A stretch of DNA of 64,000 nucleotides from contig JAWQFM010000029.1 in NCBI GenBank assembly GCA_033442325.1, positions 59,066 to 123,065 on the forward strand. The letters are read 5' to 3'. The notes under the pieces were generated by a model, which worked only from the letters and a program-made list of their open reading frames with translations, searched no databases and was not told the DNA's origin. This document shows, one piece after another, positions 12,751 to 38,236 of the stretch. Each line of letters begins with the position of its first letter. Within the stretch, counting starts at the first letter, position 1. The DNA is from Salpingoeca rosetta (taxonomy: Eukaryota > Protista > Choanoflagellata). Made by a program: the position numbers and the translations under genes.

Positions 12751-12761
12751 GTCTCATAATC
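12751..12761 (-). promoter_or_regulatory. Primer-binding site GATTATGAGAC, complementary to a tRNA-Met anticodon arm (half-tRNA priming)
   Basis: Immediately follows the CA end of the 5' LTR on the minus strand. The + strand reads GTCTCATAATC, the anticodon-arm sequence typical of eukaryotic elongator tRNA-Met. Confidence 0.7.
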
Positions 12762-13572
12762 TGTAGAAACACGACAGGTGTGTGTGTGTGTGTGTTTACT
12801 GTAGGCAAACGCAACAAACAAGAACACAAGGAGAATGAACAAGCACAACAAGCTGCTGCCTAATCAACTCGGGCAGCACGCTCAAACAAACACTAGACAA
12901 GTGCACACACAGTCAATGACGCTGCCAAGGCGACATGGGCAGAGTGTGCACGAACACAAACAATCTAAACAATGAGCAGCATGTGTTACAAAGGGGCTTC
13001 GCATGGTCAAGGGGAACAGAAGGATGTTTACTAGTACCAGCCACGGGCATCAGCCCGGGCCACAAGAGGGCACAACAACAGAGAGGGGAAGCGATCGACA
13101 ACAAGGAACGCAAAGGGCAAAACCACAAGGCCCAACGGAATGGCATGTGCAGATGAAAATCGTCCTACAACAAGGACAAAGGACCACTTAAAGCACACGG
13201 TAGTCAGGCGGTACAGTTGCATCACAACACATGCATACATGCGCGCAGAGCAATGCTAGGCATGGCATGAATGCTTGCAGGCAAGCATACACAACAGACA
13301 ACACTTCACAACACTGCATGGCACGCACACATAGCATTTGCCAAACATGACGGGCATGCACATACACACAAACACATGGCACACAACTCACGTGTGTAGG
13401 GGAAGGAGGAGAGGAGAGGCAGTTGGCACACATGCATGCCAGCAGAGAGGAAGGAATGTTTGCCAACGGAAAAAACCACAAAGCAGGTGTTGTTGGCAAA
13501 CAAGACAAAACCACATGAGAAGGCAAATTAGGAAGGACTCAACACAAAACAGAAACGCACTGACTCTCAACA
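12762..13572 (-). mobile_element. 5' LTR (family A) interrupted by a nested insertion
   Basis: Minus strand TGTTGAGAG...TTTCTACA, followed by the PBS and gag. Matches 4182-4732 once 12984-13229 is removed. Confidence 0.9.
12984..13229. mobile_element. 246-bp nested solo LTR (family C) with a 4-bp CATG target-site duplication
   Basis: TGTT...AACA termini; CATG at 12980-12983 and 13230-13233; absent from the other LTR copies. Confidence 0.85.
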
Positions 13573-14739
13573 CTGGGCGCTTACTCATTCACGCAACCCG
13601 TGCGCATGAGGTCTCTCTGGCAGCGGTTACGGCGCCAATTGACAGTGACGCCGCGAACTCAGGGTATCACCACGAGCGTATGGGGCACCGTCGGTGCTTG
13701 ACAGCATCGCAAGCCGTGCACGCAACCAAGTACCGTGTCATGCATGCGGCATCACAACGAGCACAAGAGCGAGCATACCTTAACAAGCTAAGCCACGCAC
13801 TGCACTGCCGCTCAAGCTTTTCTATGCAGACATTGTGGGCCCATTGTTGGCGCCCCTGTGTCACTTCGTGGTTTATTCATGTTTGACTTGTTTTATTGTT
13901 TCGTTCACTTCTTCTACAAAGTTTCCTCTTGTGTTCACTCACCAATACAATGGTCGACAACGCACATGAGAGAACAGCAAACAGCTACACAGCACACAGC
14001 CACACCATCACAGACACACACACACACGCACAGCCACAATGTGCGATCTGCTGCGTCATCATTGACCTCCCTTCTTCACGACACCACAAATTTGCATTCA
14101 CCTCTCTTGTGTTCTGGAATGTTCACGTGATTTCCCTCCAACCTGTTGCACGTGCAGTGTTTAGCTTGTGTGGTTGCTCGATGTTACATGCTCTTGCATA
14201 ACACACCACATAACCACACAACTCTCAACAAACACTGCCACGTCACCACTTTGCGTTGTCGACAATTCTTGTCTTCTGCTCTGTTTCTTTCTATTGGAGT
14301 GTTCATTCATCCTACATCCTTGTTTGCTTCACAACTCAAGTAAACACACACAACTTCCTCTTCCCAAGCCAATCTCCCACAGCACACACAGCACACACAC
14401 ACACACACACGAGTCTCCAACAACAGCACCACTATGAGTATTCATCAACCACATCCTTCGACGCTTACCGGCGGCAGATTTGCGGTCGTGCTCCTTGACA
14501 TCGCAACCCAGTGCAGCAGCGTCGGACTCTCGGACCTTGCTGACACCCTGGACAGCATGCTGATGATACTGCCCCGGGCAGTGGGCACTGGAGACAGGGT
14601 GAACGTCCTCAAGACGGACAACGAGGCTGTATTTACCACTCCAGCTCAGTTGAAGTTGCTACACAAGCACAAGCTCGACATGCAGCATTCTTCCCCGTAC
14701 GACCAGACAAGAATGGAGATATCGAACGGCATATCCAAA
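13573..14739 (+). pseudogene. Fragmented third copia pol relic (pre-integrase and integrase core) interrupted by repeats
   Basis: HHERMGH at ~13668-13690; GRFAVVLLDIAT..VLKTDNEAVF..HSSPYDQ..NG in ORF 14434..14745. Confidence 0.7.
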
Positions 14740-15433
14740 TGTTGACATCACGGTTCCACTGTCAATGCTTGCTGTGTCAGCAAATTCTGCTGTAAACGTT
14801 TCTGTGCACGTGCGCCCAGAAACGAGCGTTTCTGGTTGTTTTGCCACGTGGCACTTCTCTCTCTCCTCCAGTTTTCTGTCTATGTATGAAAGTGTCTCTC
14901 GTCAGTTCATGTTCATTCATGCTACATCCTTGTTTGCTTCACAACTCAAGTAAAACACACAACTCTCTCTTGCCAAGACAAACTCCCACACAACACACAA
15001 CACACACACAACACACAACACACACAGCACACACACACACACACACACATCCCCATCTCCAACACCACCACCACCATGAGTGTTCAACAACAGGGGGCGC
15101 CAATGTCTCTCGCCAACAACCACCAGCATGAATGTTTACCAATGGTGGTGATGTTCCTGATGGGGAGCGTTACACTTCAAACCCATAGGTGCGGTAGAAC
15201 GACACCGCATCTGGCGGGCTTTCGTGCCTTAGGCACGAGTTGTAGTGGCCTGCCTCCAGCACGTGGTGTGCAGGGCAGCTCTAACTGCCTGTTAGGACAA
15301 GTGTTGTCAGGCTAGCCCTGTCTGCCGAGTCACCATTGACCTTCCTTCCTAACGACACGACAAATTTGCATTCACCTTTCTTGTGTTCTGGAATGTTCAC
15401 GTGATTTCCCTCCAACCTGTTGCACGTGCAGTG
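14060..15433 (+). repeat. ~100-bp direct repeat pair (14060-14159 and 15334-15433)
   Basis: CATTGACCT..CAAATTTGCATTCACC..GTTGCACGTGCAGTG occurs twice. Confidence 0.85.
14740..15089 (+). mobile_element. Solo LTR (family D), ~350 bp
   Basis: TGTTGACATC...TTCAACA; inverted near-identical copy at 15509-15849; partial related copies at ~14274-14450 (+) and ~16449-16660 (-). Confidence 0.75.
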
Positions 15434-15508
15434 GATTCTTGGGCGTGAAACTCGACAGCGCGCCAAGGCGATGGCCGTCCCCAGTGATGAGGGCGTCTGC
15501 AGGGTGAC

Positions 15509-15849
15509 TGTTGTAAGTTCATGGTGGTGGTGCTGTTGTTGGAGACTTGTGTGTGTGCTGTGTGTGCTGTGTGTGCTGTGTGTGCTATGTGTTGTGTGGG
15601 AGATTGTCTTGGCAAGAGAGAGTTGTGTGTGTTTACTTGAGTTGTGAAGCAAATAAGGATGTAGGATGAATGAACATGAACTGGAAGACACTCTCACACA
15701 TAGACAGAAAACTGGAGGAGAGAGAGAGAGAGAAGTGCCACGTGGCAAAACAACCAGAAACGCCTGTTTCTGGGTGCACGTGTACAGAAACGTTTACAGC
15801 AGAATTTGCTGACTCAGCAAGCATTGACACTGGAACAGTGATGTCAACA
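15509..15849 (-). mobile_element. Solo LTR (family D), inverted relative to 14740-15089
   Basis: TG...CA termini; flanks GTGAC/GTGAG form an imperfect 5-bp TSD. Confidence 0.8.
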
Positions 15850-16925
15850 GTGAGTGTGTGTGCGTGCATCTGCGTGTGTGTGAGTGTGTATTGACTCACG
15901 AGTCGCTGTAAATGCACCGAGGGGCACCGTGATGGCGCCCAACCTATCCGTGTGCCTGGTGCAAGAACGAGGGAGAGTGTGTGTTGTGAGCACGTGAATG
16001 TGTGAGCGTGTGTGAGCGTGAGTGTGTGTACGTGTGTGTATGTGTGCGTGAGCGTCTGTGTGTGTCTGCGTGCGTGTGTATGCGTGTATGTATGCGAGCG
16101 TGAGCGTGTGCGTGTGCGTGCGTGTTTGTGTATTCGTGCGTGTGTGTGCGCGCGTGTGTTTGTCTGCGTGCGTGTCTGTGTGTGTTTGTCTGCGTGTGTG
16201 TATGGCGCGTGTGTTTGTGCGAGAGCGTGAGCATTTGTGTGTATGCGTGCGTGTGTGTGTGCGAGCGCGTGAGCATATGAGTGTGTGTGCGTGTGTCTGT
16301 GTGTGTGTGCGTATTGGCTCACCGGCTGCTGTAAATGCGCCGAGTGATACCGCGATGGCGACCAAGCTATCCACGTGCCTAGTGCCTGTGCGGGGGAGAG
16401 AGAGTGAAAGTGTGTGAGCGTGTGTGTATGAGGGAGAGTGTGTATGAGTGTTGTAAGTTCATGGTGGTGTTGCTGTTGTTGAAGACTCGTGTGTGCTGTG
16501 TGTGTGCTGTGCGTGCTGTGTATTGTGTGCGTGCTGCGTGTGCTGTGTGTTGTGCAGAGAGTGTCTTGGCAAGAGGAAATTGTGGTTTACTCGAGTCGTG
16601 AAGCAAACAAGGATGTATGTACGATGAAATGAACACTCCAACAGAAAGAAGCACAGAGGAAAGATCAGCCGTTGATGCTCTTTAACATGAATTACGCGCC
16701 GTGGTCCATACAGCTGAGCGCTTCTTTGACGTACACAAGCTGGAATTTTCAAGCCACGTATCCAAATGTACGCGCACACAGACACACAGATACACAGACA
16801 CACAGAGACACAGACACAGACACACACACACAGACACACACACGCACACACAGACACACACACACAGACACACATACTAATAATAGGACCGTAACCTATT
16901 TTCTGGCCACACCTCAGCAGCGGAG

Positions 16926-25586
<8,661 letters not shown>

Positions 25587-26107
25587 CGCCAGAATGAAGG
25601 CGCTGTGAGTTTCTGTGTGTCGATGCGTGTGTGCGTGCGTGTGTGCGTGCGTGTGCGTGTGTTTGGCAAGCATGGACAAGTGCCACATTTTCTCTGCATC
25701 GAATTCACTTGAACGTGTTCATTTTCGGTCATCATCATCATCATCATCATCATCAGGCAAGCGAGCAAGACAGACACCGTTTTGCTGGTGGTTGCAGCTC
25801 CTAAAACAGCAACGGCAAGCGACGTACAAAAAGCGAATAGAACAATCACATACGCGCACGAATGCAACCAGGAATAAGGGTGAAGGTGGGAATTTAGGGC
25901 AGGGGAGAAAGCGAAGAAGACAAACATGCGAGCGATACAACGACAAGGAGCAAGGCGCGAACGTAGCAAAACTGGTTGTTGTTGTTGTTGTTGTTGTTGT
26001 TGTTGGAAGATTCGTCCATGCGTGTGGGCATGAGCAAGAGTCCCACAGTTGCCGAGTGCTCATACGATCATACGATCATACGATCATACGATCACACGAT
26101 CACACGA

Positions 26108-30815
<4,708 letters not shown>

Positions 30816-30826
30816 GGCGTGTGTGT

Positions 30827-30901
<75 letters not shown>

Positions 30902-31050
30902 GTGTGGAAGAACAAGAAGAAGACGAAGAAGAAGAACAAGAAGAAGAGGGAAAAACACACACGCACACGCAATCCAGCACAACAACGCCAAACACTGACC
31001 ACACACCCCCCCCACACCACACCACAACAACGATCCACCACCCTCTCGTG

Positions 31051-34149
<3,099 letters not shown>

Positions 34150-34581
34150 AGAGACACACACTTCTGGGCACATGTGTGTGTATGAGTGCTTGTTGTGGGA
34201 GGTGTACATTGGTAATGAACCCGTCTTTGCATTCATTGATAGCGGCGTATGAGCCATTGGTCAAAGTCAGAACGGGGGGGGGGAACAGGCCGGCTTGTTA
34301 GGGAGACAAGATGAAGCAACCAGTTGAATACTCAGTGTGGCAGTTAGATAGAGGGCAGCGGCATGTCACTGCGCACAAAAGCACAAATAATGTGCATGAC
34401 GCACACACTGATACAAACACAGACAAACAGAAGCACAGAGACGCACACACACACACACACATTATCACACACACGCGCGCGCACACACACACACGCGCAC
34501 ACACACGCGCACACACACGCGCGCGCACACGCACACACACACACATTATTACACACACATGTCCGTAACATGTGCTTGCTC

Positions 34582-35595
34582 CTATGCTGGGCTCGGCACG
34601 GTGAGGTTACAGTCTCGCTCAAAGTTGACGCTGTGCAGACACGTGTATCCGCACATCTGGTCAACCTCCATGCAGTCGCTGTGCTGCTGGTCAGCACACT
34701 GCTCCCGCGCACACGCGAGCGCCTTCTCAAAGAAGGCTTTCTCGTCTGCAATCTTCTTCTGCCCGAGCGTGTCGATGTGCTCATCCAGCCGCGCCACCGC
34801 CGCGCGATGCAGGGCCGTGTCCGCTGCCAGCGTTGTGTTGGCAAGCTTCTCCAGGAAGCCGACCACAGCCTCGCTCTCCGTTTCGGGCCGCGCGGGCGCA
34901 GGCAATCCGTAGTCGTCCTTCTCGCCCTGCTTGAACTTCTTCGCGGGAAAGTGCAGGATGTCGTGGAAGGTGAGGTCGAACAGGTGGCGGAACACCAGCA
35001 GCGACTCCAAGTACCGCTCGTTCACGGCAACCAGGTGGTACGTTGCGACGATGGCGTGCGCCTGCGAAGCACTGCCGTCCGACGCATTCACGCGCAGGCC
35101 ACACGGCGCGAGGTACTCCGCTGCGGACGTCCGGTGCGCCGCCAGATATGCCAGCTTGAACTCGTCCGAGGAGCGATCAACGTCCTTGGGGAACTGAGAC
35201 TCCACGCCGCGGCAGTTGCTGCGGGTGAGGCAAAAGTGGTAGAACGCAGACAGGACTGCCGCCTGCGGCTCGCGCACGAGCGAGATGCGCAGCCAGGGGT
35301 GCTTTGGGCCAAATCTGTTCACGCGCATGAAGATGTTGCAGGCGCTGTAGTGGTACACGGAGTAGAAGGGTTCGCGCGCGATGGACGTCGTTGGGATGAC
35401 AATCTGCTTGTTGTAGGTCCGCTTCATGCCCAGCATGAGGCCGCTCATCGTGGTCCCGCCAACCTTGAAGTACCTCACAAAGGCAATGCTCGCGTTGTTG
35501 AACGCATGCGCTTCTTGTCCACCCAGCCCCACCACCGCCAGCAACACCACCGCCACCGCCAACACCATCATCGTCATCGTCATCGCCACTGCCAT
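34582..35595 (-). CDS. Galactose-3-O-sulfotransferase-like Golgi sulfotransferase, single exon
   Basis: N-terminal hydrophobic anchor; 5'-PSB-like IAFVRYFKVGGTT; 3'-PB-like ISLVREPQAAVLSAFYH; YHLVAVNERYLESLLVFRHLF; DTALH. Confidence 0.75.
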   Translation of the reverse strand: MAVAMTMTMMVLAVAVVLLAVVGLGGQEAHAFNNASIAFVRYFKVGGTTMSGLMLGMKRTYNKQIVIPTTSIAREPFYSVYHYSACNIFMRVNRFGPKHPWLRISLVREPQAAVLSAFYHFCLTRSNCRGVESQFPKDVDRSSDEFKLAYLAAHRTSAAEYLAPCGLRVNASDGSASQAHAIVATYHLVAVNERYLESLLVFRHLFDLTFHDILHFPAKKFKQGEKDDYGLPAPARPETESEAVVGFLEKLANTTLAADTALHRAAVARLDEHIDTLGQKKIADEKAFFEKALACAREQCADQQHSDCMEVDQMCGYTCLHSVNFERDCNLTVPSPA

Positions 35596-35661
35596 GCACT
35601 CAGATTGCCAGGTCCACCTCAACCGCCAGCCATGAGATGCTGGACAATAAATAGTACAAGG

Positions 35662-35672
35662 TCTTATATATA
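35662..35672 (-). promoter_or_regulatory. TATA-like element upstream of the sulfotransferase
   Basis: TATATATAAG on the minus strand ~70 bp before the ATG, in sequence that is otherwise TA-poor. Confidence 0.3.
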
Positions 35673-35835
35673 GGCCAAACCAGGCACAAGGCAGACATGC
35701 ACGGCAACACAGAACGGGTGACAGACACAGACAGGGCGACATACACAGACACACACACAGGCAGATACACACACACACAGATCGACAGACAGAGCGACAG
35801 ATACAGACACACAGACACACACATGAGAGCTCAAG

Positions 35836-36140
35836 TCAATCGCTGTCATCGTCGCTGCTGTCGTCTGGGATGGAGATCTTCGCTCGCTTGAAGGGGTCGT
35901 CATCGTCCTTCACAGCAGCAGCAGCAAAGGCCGCAGCGGTGCTGCTTGCGTCTCTTCCTGCTTTCCTGCGCACATATGTACACATTGTCATTGAAGAGAG
36001 AGGATTGAGTACACGGGATTGGAGGATAGTAATGGTGGCAAGACGCATAGACATACACGAGTACAGAAACACACACGCCCTCATGCTTGCGCATGCACCA
36101 CCGGGGAACTGACTTGCTCTCGTCCTTCGTCGGCTGAGCT

Positions 36141-36187
<47 letters not shown>

Positions 36188-36362
36188 CTGCCTCTTCTCC
36201 TGTGCCCTTCGCTTCTTTGCTTGGCGCTTTCGTTTCCGCGTTGCTGCCAGCTTCTCTTTCTGCGAGGGAAGCATTGGGCGTGGGGGGTAGATGGGATGAA
36301 GTCAGTGAAGGCCGCAGAGATCGAGAGACACAGTGGCACACACATACACACACAGAAAGCGT

Positions 36363-36431
<69 letters not shown>

Positions 36432-36920
36432 CGCACTGACACACACACACACTCACGTAAGCATCCACAACGCACTGTGTATACCTTGGCCTTTCTCTCT
36501 TCATAGATCTGCTCGAGTGGATCGAGGTGTGCCTTTGATGCGATCGCTGGGGTTGGTGGGGCAGGTGTCCGGCTCTCCACCGCAACTATTGGTACTGGCG
36601 TGGATGCAGCTTTGTGGGACAGCGTGACCGCCTTGCCCTTTCTCCCCTTTGCGGAGCTGACGCCTTCATCGTCGCTGTCAGACACAACATCCTCCACTGA
36701 AACACAAGCGGGAAGGAGAGGGTGACATAGGGGGGGGGGGTTGTTGCCAGACGTGAAAACGGGTTTGTGAATGGGTGTGAGGACATGGGTGCGCGCACGG
36801 GATGCAAACGCGCAATGTATCGAAGAGCAGACAGACAGACACCCCCGACACCCCCGACACCCCCGAGGGGGGGCACACGACAGACACACACACGCACACT
36901 CACACACGGCACACTCACAC

Positions 36921-36951
<31 letters not shown>

Positions 36952-37155
36952 CACACACACAGACACTTACTTGCGATGGCTAGTAGCGCATCTGTTCGGC
37001 TCCCTTCGCTTATCTTTACAAACTTAGAGCGCGTGCGTTAGGACTAAGACTCGAACCTCTATCGGTACTTCCGCTCCTAGCTTTTTAAGCAGCCCTACAT
37101 ACCGTAAATAGATCTGCTTTCTGGATCAAGAATCTGCTTCACGGCACACTCACAC

Positions 37156-37186
<31 letters not shown>

Positions 37187-37214
37187 CACACACACAGACA
37201 CACGCACACGCACG

Positions 37215-37245
<31 letters not shown>

Positions 37246-37682
37246 ACGCACACGCACACACACTGGCACACTCACACACACTCGCACTCACCAACACACT
37301 TACGGTCTTCTTCCTCGGAGAGCTCGCCTGACTGCCGTGCCTTGCGAAGGCCCTTCTTGATGCTCTTAGTGAGCGCAGATGCATGTGAGGTCTGCTGCGC
37401 ACGACTGGGTTTTGCACCGAGTCCAAGTCTGTGGGTTCGTCCAACGCCCCGCTCAACCGCGTTGTGCTGCTGGTTGTTCCCCTCGCTTGCACGTGCGTTC
37501 TCAGCTTGACGTGTGCCAGCTCGCCTCTTTCCCTGTTCCCCTTGCCGTGTTAAGAGTTGCTGCTGCTGTGTCTGTTGCTGCTGTGCCTGCTGCTTCGGTT
37601 CCTTGCCTGACCCTGATGCCTTCATGCGGTCCAGGAACTTGCGAGCGAACACAGAGCTCGCGGTTGACACATTCACCTCCAT
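35836..37682 (-). CDS. Hypothetical charged/low-complexity protein with an RLGLGA motif, probably nuclear; about 4 exons
   Basis: MEVNVSTASSVFARKFLDRMK..RGVGRTHRLGLGAKP..SEEED; a phase-1 intron (37303-36698) joins to LEDVVSDSDDEG; basic RKRKRQAKKRR; ends DDSSDDDSD*. Confidence 0.65.
36905..37201. other. 173-bp non-repetitive insert (36967-37139) flanked by perfect 62-bp direct repeats (36905-36966, 37140-37201)
   Basis: Both flanks read CACGGCACACTCACACAC(AGAC)7(AC)5AGACAC. The insert is ~46% GC and TA-rich, unlike its surroundings. Confidence 0.9.
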
Positions 37683-37820
37683 CCTCTTGCTTGCTTGTCT
37701 GCTGCCGTGTTCGTTGTCCTTCCACCGCGAAAGAAAATTCGCACATGTGCACGCTGTACCTTGTGTGTGTGTGTGTGTGCTTGAGTGTGTATGTGTGTGT
37801 GTGCGTGTGTGCGTGTGTGT

Positions 37821-37871
<51 letters not shown>

Positions 37872-38236
37872 TGTGTGTGTGTGCGTGTGCCGTCTTTGTC
37901 CACCCTCAGTCGTTGTGCTTCGTGCTTGCTTCACTCATGTCAAAGCTTGCTTGTTCAATATGTCATCACGCTGTCATGCGCGCTCATCCACACTCACACA
38001 CACACAGACACACACACACAGAATACACACGTGCGCACACAGGCAGAGCACTGCCTCACTGATGTTGCTGATACATAGATATATGCGTTATGTACACCAC
38101 AACCTCACAAGCACATGGACATTCAGATTGCTTCCTCGTGCTCTATCTCCCCCTTGCCCCCCCCCAACACATCACAACTACAACCCCCACCACGCCCACC
38201 CTCCCCCAGCATCACATCACATCACATCACATCACA

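Noticed and set aside
37030-37110. tRNA gene in the intronic insert (GGTTCGAGTC on the minus strand)
   Set aside because: The T-stem pairs poorly, and no acceptor or anticodon stem can be built.
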